Origin: Marsupella aquatica
Taxonomy: Eukaryota > Plantae > Marchantiophyta
Direction of reading: 5' to 3'
Length of the DNA: 64,000 bases
Assembly: GCA_973895155.1 (NCBI GenBank)
Contig: OZ316894.1
Span: forward strand, 23,682,709 to 23,746,708
Shown here: piece by piece, positions 1-12,783 of the stretch
Numbering within the stretch: the first letter of the stretch is position 1
How the letters are laid out: each line of letters opens with the position of its first letter
Notes under the pieces: model-generated
Told to the model about the DNA's origin: nothing
What the model saw: the letters and a program-made list of their open reading frames with translations, nothing else
Databases searched by the model: none
Translations under genes and position numbers: made by a program

Positions 1-3000
1 AATTTATGTGGTAAACCTGATTGGCTCAACATACTCCGTGACCGCTCCAACAGTGTTCGATTGAGCCTCTCAGCGATACCATTTTGTTGCGGAGTATAAA
101 CTGTGGTGAGATGGCAAGTTATCCCCTGTTCTGCATAGTACTCTTCAAATTCTATTGAAGTGTACTCCCCACCGTTGTCTGACCTCATACTCTTCACTCT
201 TGTATCCAAACACTTAACCGTGTTTCCTGTCTGATTCTCCACTTGGGCCTTCCACTTCGTAAAAATGGACAAGACATCAGACTTATGCGTCATGAAATAA
301 ATCCATACAAATCTTGAGTAATGGTCAATAAATGATACATAGTACAATTTTCCAGAGTGTGAGGGAGTCGGGGATAGACCCCACACATCACTATGTATGT
401 ACTCAAGAATCGCTTTGGAACGACGAGTTCCAACACCGAAAGCACGACGATGCTGCTTTCCAAAAATGCAATGCTCACAGAAATCCAATTTACAAGACTG
501 CAAATCAGAAATGAGCCCATTCTTCCGCAAGATAGCCAATTCCTTCTCACTCATGTGGCCTAGCCGTGAATGCCACAGTTGAGTCATTTCCTCGTGAGAC
601 TTGGTTACATTGGCCTCTCCACATACAAATTCTTTTGTCTGCTCCCCTTCAAAATCACTATCTCTCCCGACATGACTTGAAGTTCACCATCAATTACTCA
701 CCATTGATGACCATTTGTATCCAACACACCGAGTGAAATCAAATTCTTACGCATGCCAGGTACAAACCTGACTCCGGACACTGTGCGCACAATGCCATCA
801 AACATTTGAATCTTTACAGACCCAATACCCTCAACCTTGACAGGAGTGATCATTTCCCATCAAAACTGAACCGTTTGACACAGAATAAGAATTGAAATAC
901 TCGCGAATGTAACAAATGTGAAAGGAGCAAGCACAATCAAGAATCCACACATCATTTTCTCTCCTAGATGATGTGCACAAGGCATACTCCTGACTTCATA
1001 AAACATACTCATCATTGAGTAAATCAACTTCTCCATCAGCACTAGCCATATTGGCTGATGAAGATTCAACTGTCTTACCCTTACAATCTCTCTTAACGTG
1101 ACCAACCTTGTGACACTTCCAACAGATTAGTGGCTTTCTCTCCTGGGACTTCCCCCTTGAAGCAAATCTTGTCCTAGATTTAATTCTTCCCATGCCCTGC
1201 GTGCGCTGCTCTTGACGTTTTTGTGACCTCCCACGATTCACATTCAAGGCAACACCAGACAATGATGATGGCTGAGAGGGCATGATCAATTTTTGTTGCA
1301 AGTCATCAGTCAACAGAGCACTTACAACTTCATTGTAAGTGATAGTCTTCCTGTCACGATGAAGCAACACTCGTGACAATGACTGATACGATGAGGGTAA
1401 AGAGCTAAGCAAGTGAAGAGCCTACCGCTCATCACTCAAATCCTCCCCCAGATTTTGCAAATCAACGACCAGGTCGTTGAAACCATCGATATGGTCCTGA
1501 ATCTTTGCATTTCCCTCCTTCATCTTGAAGCTCATAAGCTTCAAAGATGTGTAGAGCCGATTTGATAGCTCCTTTTGATGGTACTTTTGCTCCAATGCGG
1601 CAAACAATGATGCACAATCGACATAGTCTGCCAATTGCTTGATGACATTAGGCTGAAGATAGAGCATCACGGTGCTCACAGCCTGCTCCTGCATGTCCTG
1701 CCAGTCATCATTGTCGACATCATTTGGCTGGTCCTTCAGCAATTTCCCAAGCCCGGTTGCACGGAGTACCCCCTTCACTTGTCGCTCCCACAACAAGTAG
1801 TCTGTGCGGCCATCGTATTTCGTAACCTCAAACTTGGGACCTCCAAGCTTGATAGTCCCCATCCTTTTTCTTGTCACTCGTCGCAATACCGGTGACCATA
1901 ATTCTACTAGATCTTCCACTTCCTCCTCTGTTCTCTTCGGTGACTCAACAGAACCCTCCTCCAAGTCACTTATGTGAGAAATCAAGAAAAAATAACGTTT
2001 TTCTCAACTTCTCAAAAAACTCAAAAGTTATCACTACCATGTAGACCACGAGCCTAGCTTTCCAACACTGAAAACCAAAATCAAAACCGAACTCCGACGT
2101 AAAAGTTATTCACTTTTCGGTCGAGATGGGTAAAACTTGGAATTCTCCCCCGTTTTGACCACCTCAAGAAATAACCAAAATGTGAACTAGTACCCAACGT
2201 CGGAAATGCAATTCAATTTGTGCACCGCGTTGCCAACTCCGATGGCTAGCAACTTGCCAAAGACAAACAAAAAAAGTTACCTTTCGGCGGACGAAATCTT
2301 CGACGGATGGACAAAAAATAGCTCTCTGGTTTTTTGGAATATTCTATGACCCTTGTACAGGCCCTATGGGAATTTTGGAAGAACAATCGAGGGGCTGACA
2401 CGTGTCCTCAAACCCCCAAAACCCCCTACCACCCTTCGTCATCGAAATCTGGTCGCGCGCGCAGAAAATACACACGGCATAATGTACCCCTCGACACCAA
2501 ACACAAAATATCTCACTCGGGTTTTGACGAAATCAAGATCTGATTTCAGATTTGGCAAACTAGACTCCAAGGCGGTGAAGATTGATATAAGAAGCACCCA
2601 AAACGAGGAAAGAATGAGGGAGAAAAAAATTGGTAAAGATGACAGATTTTTCTTAATTGCCATAGCCAATTTCGAATCAGTTTTTCAAAGAGAAAAAATG
2701 GTACCTTGTCAACAATGAATGTTGATGAATTGCACTTGGTGCCGTCACCAAGTCCAACAAGGTAATTGATTTTGCTTAGCCTTCCTCTTCGCATCAAAGA
2801 GCCAATCCCGGACTCAAAATAATCGTCTTGCCTCAATCTCTCCGTTGAGTCAAAACACTTGACGCTTCTCCCTCCGAGTCGATTGCCACGACAAGAAACC
2901 CCGCTGAGGCAAAAGAGGACTCCATAGCGGGTCAGAAAATCAGAATGCTTCTTTTGCTCGTCCCGTCGCACACGGTACTCACTTGGTAACAAATCAGCTA

Positions 3001-3358
3001 CCAAAACAAACAGCTCGTCCCGATCTACAAGCAGAGCTATAGCATGCGATGCCTCCTTCGCCATAGAGCTCACACCGTCGAGAAAATAAACTCTGGTCCC
3101 TCCTCCAAAAAACCGTCGAACACGAATGTTGCCGACTTTTTTCACAAAATCCAGAACAACAAAAACTTAGATCTCTTCGCACCACGAGCTCCGTTCAACG
3201 ATTTCTTCACACCGTTAGAAAGCTCTTGCCCCGATCTATCCGTTGAGCCCATAAACTCCAAGTTCCATGCGACGGAACTCCGGGAAATCCATTGAACACT
3301 CAACGCTGGAAAAACCGTCACGAAATCCTGTCACGAACACACGTCACCTCCCAGACAT

Positions 3359-3370
3359 GCTCTAATACCA
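3359..3370 (-). promoter_or_regulatory. Primer binding site, tRNA-iMet type
   Basis: The minus strand reads TGGTATTAGAGC two nt inside the LTR, one mismatch from the canonical TGGTATCAGAGC. Confidence 0.85.
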
Positions 3371-3372
3371 AT

Positions 3373-3715
3373 TGTTGAGCATAGACGACACTCGTAACGA
3401 TAAGCACATGACACATCCAACGCGCAAGTAGTCGACACAAGAGATACGTGGTTCACCTCCTTGAGGCTACGTCCACGGGAACACACAAGAGAGCTTTACT
3501 GAACTCTAAGCCCGTCGGCTATACCAAGTCTCCACAGTGTAAGCTCTCCTCATCTCTCAAGTGGCCTCATAACAATGAGCCTAAGTTCCACTTATCCAAG
3601 CAAACATCGTTTGGCATATAGTGTGCATCCTAGTTAACCTGACCACGTCTCCGACTACGGTTAGTCTAACTATGGTTATATGTCGTAACCCTAGACCTTG
3701 AGTAAATACCTAACA
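3373..3715 (-). repeat. 5' LTR (343 bp) of the copia element
   Basis: Termini are TG...CA (TGTTGAG...CCTAACA on +). It adjoins the PBS, and a near-identical copy lies at 48761-49118. Confidence 0.9.
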
Positions 3716-6700
3716 TTTACACAATTATAAAAAGTATTTGAGTAACAGATAGCCTTACAGAGTGATCTATGCTAGTTGCAGTGGTCTATCAGAGCATCTT
3801 ATTAAACATGATGATCCATTGGAGCCTCAATGGGATTGGTGGGTGCCCATCTATGGACTGGATGTCATTATTACTGTTTTTGGGTCGTCAAGGTCGTGAT
3901 TGAGAAAGGGCCTTGTTCATGATATCCATCATGGATTTCAATATTTTTCTAAATACAGCAATGAGCTTCTAGTAATTTGACCCATCCAAGGCAAGGGAAT
4001 ATTTTCAAAAACAGCGTAATAAAGAGTAGTCGAGCTGAATTATGCTCAGCGTTTTCAGTCCATTCATCTCCTTACAAACAACGTATGATTCATTTTTAAT
4101 GTTTAGGGGGACATACCAAGTGAGGGAGTCATTCTCCTTTGTAGCTCCCAATATATTTTCTTCAGTAGTACAGTTGACTAAAAGGACCTCTAGCTTGTTT
4201 TCAAGGTTAAACCCCGTGGAATTGTTTGCCATCTTAGTTAGTTCACGGGTGGCACAACATTTCTTTCATAGTAGTCAGGAGGGGTCTGCTAAGTACATGG
4301 AAGTGTTTGCCATGATGGGCCACATATATTATTTGTGTAAGATTGATCAAGAAGAAAAGCAACAATACATGAGAGAAAGTGAAGTAGAGGGAAGCACTGA
4401 AAACATCTTGTCATTGAATGAAGTGGGGATAAAGGACAAAGTAACATTGTGCTGTATGGACTTTAAGGGATTCATAGAAAGCCCTGAACTCGAGCACAAG
4501 TAAGAGTAGAGCAAAGTTTAATGCAAAGTGGGCATCCTCCAAGCCAAATAACGAGCAAGCTTGAAACCAAAGAGCATTCCATCTTGCCTAAGCCCAAGGG
4601 CATGACCTTGGCCAAATTTGAACTGTAGTGTTTCTTTGATTTGTTTTCCTATTACCTCACCCCAATTGCAGCAAGAACTATAGCAAAGTTTGGAAATAAG
4701 AGGTCTCTCATGAGAAGCATGCATCGTTTTGGACCAGTGAGGGCTGAGATAGCGTTAGAGCCACTGCCACTAGAGTGCAGAAAGCCCCAAATCAGAAAAT
4801 TGTCACTCAACAACATTGCAGTGCAAGTTCACAAGTAAAGCCAGCATAAAAATCCAGATTGGATTTGTGACCGTGAAGGTATAGAAAGATTTCTGAAAAT
4901 TAAGTCAATGGGGACTTCAATATCATTTTGAAGACGTCACCCTAAAGAAAGTGTCCAAAAATGTAATCCAAAAAACAGCAAAGGGTCGGGAGAATTTACT
5001 ATTTCTTAGACGTGGAAGACATGGAAATTAAGCAATTGTGGATAGCATATATGCACACAACATATTTGCCTTGAACTACAATCTTGGGAAGTTTCTTTCA
5101 AAAGCATACAAATTCATTTTTGTGAATAACTTGCATGAGGAATATCAGCTACAAGTGATGTAATAGCATTAGACACAACTTTCACTGGCATCTTGAGCTG
5201 GAAACCAAAAATTCAGTTGTGAAAGTCTTAGGTTGTAATATTTGGTGAGACAAAACCAGGATTGAGGGCACGCATGACTTTGCCAAATTTTACTTTGTCC
5301 CAATTTGGCACAAACAAGTATATAGCTAGAAGGTTTGGAGAAATAGGTAGTTCTCTAGAAAGAAACCTTTTGATTTGCTTGGACAACTGGAAACAATAGA
5401 AAACCAGAGTTGATAAGATACAAAATATAAACTGGGGATCCTTCCCCATCTGCAAGCCTGTTCTGCAGCTTGCTTGATAGCAGTTTCTTCTTTCCCAAAA
5501 GAGATTTGGTACCAGTAGCACAACTGGGCAAGCTTTGTCTTAGGTGGTCCCATTCTAATATATGCAAGCCAGCTCCAAAGCTATTCCCCTTTCCCTCTCT
5601 ATGGTCCCCAATGCACCCCGCTCCCACTTTGGGTGTTTGTGTAGTGCTTAATGGCTTTTGCTTTTCTTGTGAATGATTGAATTTGTTTGTTTGGAGTCCG
5701 GTTCCCACCTTCGCTTGTGAGTGGTTTTTACTATTCTTCTACCACGCCTTTGAACACTTTCAACAAACCAAAACAAGCTTGTAGATAATTAAACAACCAA
5801 CATGAATAATAGATCAACCTTGCAAACCCATTAAATAGTTACCTACTCCTTCTATGGGCTTCGACCTAAAGATGAGGCAAGTTCATGTCTACCTTACTCT
5901 CTATCTAACCTTCTCCATGAGTCTTGCAGAGTGCAAAGACATGGACCACATTATTAAAGCTCCTTGGGACCTTTCCTTTAAATTTATTTCGTTTTTTCCC
6001 TGAACACAATCATAGATTGAAGTGTACTACTATGTCGGGCTACCACCAACAATGATCTCGATTTGCGTCCAAATGGAATCTCCATTGGAACTTAAACAAA
6101 TTATGTATTGAACATATTTGCCACCTTTGCACAGTTTGATTTTTTTTTTATGAAAAAAGGGGACAATGCCCCACACTCAGCTAGGAGAACAAGGAACACC
6201 CGCAACATAATGCATAATTATGACAATTTAAGCAAAGGAAATAAAGAGTTTCATGCAAGTCCCAAGCAAGAAAACATGATACTGACCTGGAGATTTTGCA
6301 CAAACTAAGTGTGATCAGTAATATGTCCCATCAGTCAAGTGTAATTCTGGGGTTGCGAGGCTTCCCCCAAAAACAGAACAAACAAACAATCAAAACAAAA
6401 CAAAACAAAACAAGACCACCATCAAAGGCACTATATTGCACATCTGTAGCCACTAGCAAAAGTTCACATGGCTCATAATTATATTTGTGAATATCAATCA
6501 CACTAATAGGGTCAATTGTTGACAAAGCTTGAATGTGAGACACCTGTTAGTACTCGAATGAATAATGTACTCGTCCACCTGGGCTATTTGAGATAATTTG
6601 GCACGGGAATTTGCATTGTCATTGTACATGAATCGTGTCAAAGCACAACCAAGAACTTAACCAGCCCCTCCTGCAACTTCTGGTGAGTATTGATGGACCC

Positions 6701-9370
6701 CAAAGATTGACCTAGGATTTGACCAGAACCTTTGGATAGTAGCCTGTCAGAAATTCTTAGAAGCACTAATCCTGTAGCAGTCAACCTTGGGTCCACCTCT
6801 GTCACAGGTAGCCACTGAATTACATTTTGATGTGTGATTACCAGCAGGGGAAGATATGGAGAGAAGTGTAAAGAAGAGCATTCAAGCATGTTTTTGTGTA
6901 TTGATTCAGTCCATCCAAGTTTGGCTTGTCCATGGGGGATTTATGGACAAGGTATCAGTCCATCGGGGCTTTAAGTTCCATTTTATTAGCCAATAAGTTT
7001 TTGGTCTTTACCACAAATTAGCTTTGTACAGGTTTCATGGCATCCAAGTAATTCCCCTGCTGGTAATCACACATCAAAATGTGGTTGCATTCATTGATTG
7101 AAAGGAAAAAACTAGTATTATCAGTGTATGCAAGGGTGTCGTACATAATATATGTCATATTTTGATGTGCAGTTACCGAGACCCCATATCTTCCCTGTGA
7201 GGTCATCATTTTTGTCCTAAAAACCTTGTTTCTGATTTCATGATCACTTGTGTCCAAAAGATATCATGTCACTTACCATAGGAGACTTGATTGCAAGCTT
7301 TGCTTTATTTGGGGGTTTTATTCTCTTATCATCATATTCCCTCCAGATAGTACTCTTTCCATGTTTTAGAGTTCAATACAAAAGACAAAAAATAAGGTAC
7401 ATTCAGGTGTTTGAGCACCTTATCTGGCCTTTATGGTCAATGAAACTATGTGTAGACAAAGAACTTCACATTTTACTCATAGCGTCTCAAGTAGTTTCTT
7501 AAATTACGACAAAAAACAATTGAACTCAATTTTTTCAAGAATATTATTTATAATGGACTGCAAAACCCCAACAAAAAGGGAAGCAAACAACACAACTACT
7601 CATGCACGAGTGGAACTATTCACACCAAGGAAACTAGGGGGAAATCTTGATTTTTATATTGTTCTTGTTACTGGACTGTAGTAATTTTGCCATTGCAGAG
7701 CTAAAGGGCATTTTAATTTGCAAAATATTTTATACAAAATTCTATTTTTCATAGAATGTCGCTCTTGTGTTAAAAAGGGTTTTGACTTATTTTTCTGCTC
7801 AAAGCTACCTCAGATTTCTAAAGGAGTATTGTTGAGAAATCATATTTTCCAGAGAGCATTGCTCTTGTCACAAAGAACGCTTCAAGTAATTTTTCCACTG
7901 CAGAGCTCCAAAAAATCATGTTTAATTTCAATCAAACTTGAAGGGGTTGCTTTTGTTATAATAAGTGCTTCCAGTACTTTGAATTACTGAAAATTTCAAT
8001 TATAGTGTCAAATGGAATTTTCACTCCATATATGCATGTTTTCAATTCAACTTCACGTGCACACAGTCTTTAAACCTAATTGAAATGTAGGTGAACAATC
8101 AATGAGAACATTAACATTTATTATCTACACTATCTCATCATTAGGTGTGAACTTCTATGTTTATGTGTCACAGTCCATGGAGATCATGGGAGACAACCTT
8201 CCAGTCTATCCAAGCTTTGGTTTCATCACAACTCATCCAAAGCTTATTTTCTTTTACCCCTATTTTGCCCTTTTCTTTGGTCACTTGACATGTTAATTTT
8301 CAGTTTTCCATTGTTTTCATAGTTACAGGGTTTAATTATTTTCCTTTGCCTTGCCTCAAACACAAATAATTAAATTTGATTCTTCTTGCATAACTATCGG
8401 TTCTTGTTTGTGACAAATCATGCTGATGTGGCTGCACGTGCATCCAAGAATTTTGGAAAACTTCCCATGGGGTCCGTAATTAAAGTGATTGGATTCACAC
8501 ATTTGAAATCTAATAGATAGCAAAAATTAAAAATTAAGAGGGGTGCCAAAATAATTTCAAAGTACTTCAGGATACCAACAATTAAAGGGGTCCCAAAATT
8601 AACTATAAATCTAAATAATACATATGATGCCCCTTGATAAGTCACATTTGAAATAAAATATACATGACACAAAATTTAAATAAGACAAAAGGTGAAAGGT
8701 GGATTCACCATCATAGCAGCTTCAAAATCCACATCTGAATGGTGAGTCAGGTGGATTCACAATTGACACCTGTTGGAGTTTCTTTTAGGTATCTAGAGCA
8801 AAGTTAGAATCAAAACTAAGCTACATTGCTTCTGCAAATACAATCTAAGTGAAGTGCAAAAGTATTATGCTTATGCTACACAAATTGACAAAAGAAAAGT
8901 GCACAAGTGTAGATTGTAGTTTGTGAAAAAGTGATTTTTGGAAATATAAAACTGAATGTTAGAGATATCCAGAAAATTCCAACTAGCTTGGTCTTCACAG
9001 ATCACACCAGAAAATGTTTATCTCAAACAGAGGTCATTTAGTCATCCAGGACAATACTCAGTTTTCCAAAAAATAAACATCACAACCTATAACACAATTG
9101 TGCCACTTTTTACAGTGGTCGTCAGTCAAATATGTAGCGGCCTCCCTGCTCCCTGCCTCTCTCCCTCCGATGGAAAAGAGGAGAGAAGAGGAGGGGTTCG
9201 GTGGAGGAGGAGAAGCAGGGTACTTGGCATTGTTGTCATTGGTGGCATTGTCGGTGCGTTTCTCGTCAGCTGCGTTTACAGTATCGCGGTCCAGATGATT
9301 GAGGAGGAGGAGGAGGTGGTGGTGGTGGTGGTGGAGGGAGCGAGGGAAGGGTCAGGGTTGAGGAGGAGCG

Positions 9371-11259
9371 ATGGCTGCATATGAGAAGTTACTGAAGGAG
9401 GCGAAGAAGCTGCCGTGGGAGGAGAGGCTCGCGCACAAGAACTGGAAGGTGAGGGTGGATGCGAATTCGGACATTTCCGCGCTTTGTGATTCGATTGGCG
9501 ACCCTAAGGACCAGAGGCTGAAGGAGTTCGGAGTGCTCTTTAGGAAATCGGTTGCTGACTCGAATGCGTCGGCTCAAGAGAGGGCGCTGGACGCCATGAT
9601 TTCGTACCTCAAGATCGTGGATGCCGATTCGGCGAGATTTCGAAAGAGATTTGCGATGTCGTCGTCCTCAAGTGCCTCACGGGCCGGCCGAAGGCCATCG
9701 AGAAGGCGCAGGCGGTGCTACTCCTCTGGATCGAGCTCGAGGCAACGGAAACGTTCCTCGATGCAATGGAAAAGGCTGTCAAAAATAAGGTCTCCAAGGC
9801 CGTGGTCCTCGCCGTGGACGTTATGTATCAGGCTGTGAGCCAATTCGGGACCAAGGTGGTGCCTCCGAAGAAGATTTTGAAAATGCTGCCTGAGCTCTTT
9901 GAGCATCAGGACCAAAATGTTAGGGCAGCTGCCAAGGGGCTGACAATTGAGCTTTGCCGGTGGATTGGGAAGGACACGGTCAAGTCCATCCTCTTCGAGA
10001 AAATGCGAGACTCCATGAGGAAAGAGGTCGAGGCTGAGGTGGACAATGTGGCCGGAATTTCGAGGCCCACGAGAAAGATCAGAGCAGAGCAGGCCAAAGA
10101 GTTTGAGCTGGAGTTTGTGGCGGACGTTCCATCTCGGCCAGGCGGTGAATCTGCTTGTGATGTAGTAGTGGAGCAGATTGATGAGTATGAGCTGATGGAC
10201 CCCGTGGACATACTCGGGCCTCTGGGCAAGTCCATCTTTTGGGAGGGAGTGAAGGCGTCCAAATGGTCGGAACGGCGTGACGCAGTGGCCGAGCTAACTC
10301 GTCTGGCATCAGCCAAACGCCTCGCTCCCGGAGATTACGTTGAGGTCTCTCGCTTGCTGAAGGAGCTGATCATGGATGTGAACCTGGCCGTGGCCGTGCA
10401 GGCGGTACGAGCGGCTGGGAATCTAGCCAGGGGGCTACGGAAGGATTACAGCAGTGGCTCAAGGGGTTTGCTCCCTCTCCTGCTGGAGAGATTCAAGGAG
10501 AGGAAGCCGGTGATGGCTGATGCAGTGATGCACACTCTGGTGACAATGCACGGGAGTGGATGTTTCACATTAGGAGATATCGTCGAAGAGGTGAGAGTGG
10601 CATCAAAGAGCAAGGGTTTAGGGTTTAGGGTCAAGGTGAGATCTCAATGCTTGATCTGGGTGGGGCAGTGCACGGATAATAGCAATAAAGCCATCATTAC
10701 AAAGCACTATAAGGAATATGTTCCCATATTGATGGAGAGCCTCAACGATGGCATTCCGGAGGTCAGAGACGCGGCACTAGGTGCCGTGGCTGCAATTGCG
10801 AAAGTCGTTGGAATGAGACCGCTGGAGGAATCCCTGAAGGAGGTGGATGCCATGAAGAGAAGGAGGCTACCGGATTTGATTGGTGTGAATGGTTCTGCGG
10901 GAGCAGCAGGCGTTGGTGGCGCTCCTTCTGCTTCCATGGCAGCTCCTCTCACTTCAAACGGGCGTAATGTTGACTCAATTGCGAATGTCTCTACTGGAGC
11001 AGCACCAAGATCCGCTGCTAGCCTTCTGTCTGGTAGAATTTCTTCTCAAGCGGCCTCCGCAAAGATTGGCAGTGGGAGGCCAAGTTCAGGAACAAAGAAG
11101 GGTGATGGAGCCGTCGGGAAGCAAGCAGCCAAGTCGAACGGGGTTGTTGAAAGCTTTGAAGATTCAGGAAAATGGCTGTACATAGTTGAGAGCCATGAAG
11201 ATTGGTTGTACATAGTCGAAAGCCATGAAGATTCGGTACAGTGGCTCCTCGTCAATTAG
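9371..11259 (+). pseudogene. MOR1: Intronless MOR1/XMAP215 retrocopy covering TOG1 + TOG2 + basic linker; one -1 frameshift at ~9640; may be an intact retrogene if that is an assembly error
   Basis: EKLLKEAKKLPWEERLAHKNWKVR, KEICDVVVLKCLTGRPK, LLWIELEA, ELCRWIGKD and FWEGVKASKWSERRDAVAELTRLAS match the plant MOR1 N-terminus. There are no introns over ~1.9 kb, whereas plant MOR1 is intron-rich. ORFs 9371.. and 9715.. join by adding one nt at TTT/CGAAAG. Confidence 0.9.
10613..10630 (+). repeat. Interstitial plant telomere repeat AGGGTTTAGGGTTTAGGG inside the MOR1 copy
   Basis: Read directly; translates in frame as (K)GLGFR. Confidence 0.75.
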
Positions 11260-12783
11260 TGAAGTGGAGGCAAATTTGAAGATTGAGGAAAATGGCTGTA
11301 CATAGTTTTTTTCCCTCGAAAAAACTCGATGAAATCCATTCAAAAAGCCAGAATACAGGAAGGGGGGCCAAAAAAGGCAACCACCTGGAAGGACCAGAGG
11401 TCAAGGTGCCGGGGTCGGTGAAGCCGGAACCGAGTAAGAAGCCACGCCTCAAAAAGGCAGCCAAACTAGAAATTTGGAAACTACTACAGGAGCAGCACAC
11501 CCCCAAAGACCGGTCAGTGAACAGGGACCGGCGAGGTACTGAACAGTGGGTCCGTGAAAGAAAAACAATCAGTCTACCAGTAGTGCAGCTTCAAAACCCG
11601 AAGCATCCGTTGAATCATGGAGGACGCGGAGGAACAGGTTGAACCTGAAGTGTGTCTTCATGAATTTGCCATAAGCCATCCCACGCACCAAATTCCCGGG
11701 CCAGGTCCCGTCGTGCATCAGCGAAGGTGGTCTTCCCTGACCGAATCCTGGCCCTATGTCTGGCCCAGTCACGTTTGAGGTAAATGCCAAGGCGTTGCCA
11801 GGCCTTCCTGATGACTCCGTGAGGATTTGGTCGTGTATGCTCAATAAAGTGTGTGCATCGGTCCTTCCAGATATTCCAGCAAATAATAGCCCTGAGAAGA
11901 TGCCAGAGCTTTGCTGGAATGTCCCACGTTTCTGGAAGTTCAGCCCCGACGAAAATGTGGACTGGTAGGAGGAGGATCGGTCCTGCTCCGTGAGAGAACG
12001 CGCATTGTTGAAGAATGACTTGCACCCAGGTCCATATCCCCTGAGACACAGCACACTCCCAAATGCAATGAACGATGTCTTCGTGTTGGCTCAAACCGCA
12101 TCTAGTGCACCATGTACTAGGATCAGTGGGTGGGAGACGAGGGAACCTCCAGTGCTGTGTCGCCGGGATGCGGTAAAGCAGTTGCCACAGGTAACAGCTT
12201 TCCCGAGCAGCACGAAAGGTGCGTGTCCATAGTGTTCCAGGGTCAGGGGTCCAGTTCAGTCGAAGTGCCCATTTGTGCAAGGCCTTGTGGAGGATTCTGG
12301 GGGATCTCCCCTGGATTACCCGTAAATGAGCAGTGGACATATCCAGGAAAGGAAGGCCATCCTTCCACTCGTGCTGGAGCAAGGGTGCCAGAAGGCCGAT
12401 GGGCCTCCCGATGCGAAGCATGAGGGCTGAAGCAGCACTCGACTTCCTAACCAAAACCCTGTGCAGGAGTGCTTCCGGTGGTGGTGCAAAAGTGGCCATC
12501 TTGTGTAGACAGTTGTTGATGACTTGGAAGGTCCGTTTTGGTGCTGAGGTAGCCTGGGCGAATTGCCATTGGGTCGTAATGAGTTGCCTCATGGTAGAGA
12601 ACTCCCAGATGTACAGGTTGCCATTCAGAAGCCATGCTTCCATGAAAATTGGGAGTACTCCGCTAGGCTCATGGTGCAGTTAATGGCTGTACATAGTTGA
12701 GAACATGAAGATTAGTTGTACATAGTCGAAAGCCATGAAGATTCGGTACAGTGGCTCCTCTTCAATTAGTGAAGTGGAGGCAA
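11155..12783 (+). repeat. ~120-bp tandem duplication at the 3' end of the MOR1 copy; the second unit is split by a LINE
   Basis: Unit 1 spans 11155-11274. Unit 2 starts at 11275, breaks at 11305 and resumes at 12682-12783 (..GCCATGAAGATTCGGTACAGTGGCTCCTC..AATTAGTGAAGTGGAGGCAAA). Confidence 0.9.
11306..12681 (-). mobile_element. 5'-truncated L1-type LINE (C-terminal zf-RVT region, 3' UTR, short poly-A) with 15-bp TSD
   Basis: ORF 11615..12643 has YLWQLLYRIPAT..WCTRCG..EDIVHCIWEC..W..IWKDR (zf-RVT). A T7 tail lies at 11306-11312. The TSD AATGGCTGTACATAG occurs at 11291-11305 and 12682-12696. Confidence 0.9.

Larger units (their letters stand above)
1..3715 (-). mobile_element. Ty1/copia LTR retrotransposon, 5' half (5' LTR, PBS, long leader, gag, protease, GAG-pre-integrase, integrase); runs off the window edge; decayed
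   Basis: Minus-strand translation gives gag (KFEVTKYDGRTDYLLW...; CCHC knuckle CWKCHKVGHVKRDC), protease (WILDCACSFHIC), GAG-pre-integrase (LWHSRLGHMSEK) and integrase (CEHCIFGKQ..HSDVWG..MRSDNGGEY..PQQNGIAER). Protease followed by integrase is the copia order. There is a premature TAG at 1422-1424, a TGA at 996-998 and frameshifts near 840-870. Confidence 0.95.

Noticed and set aside
3900-7300. Possible decayed coding sequence (ORFs 4005-4838, 7018-7257)
   Set aside because: All frames are broken and no family motif was recognisable; probably old transposon debris.
8956-9384. 142-aa ORF with a hydrophobic segment upstream of the MOR1 copy
   Set aside because: Largely explained by GAG/GTG microsatellites in a leader region; no recognisable homology.
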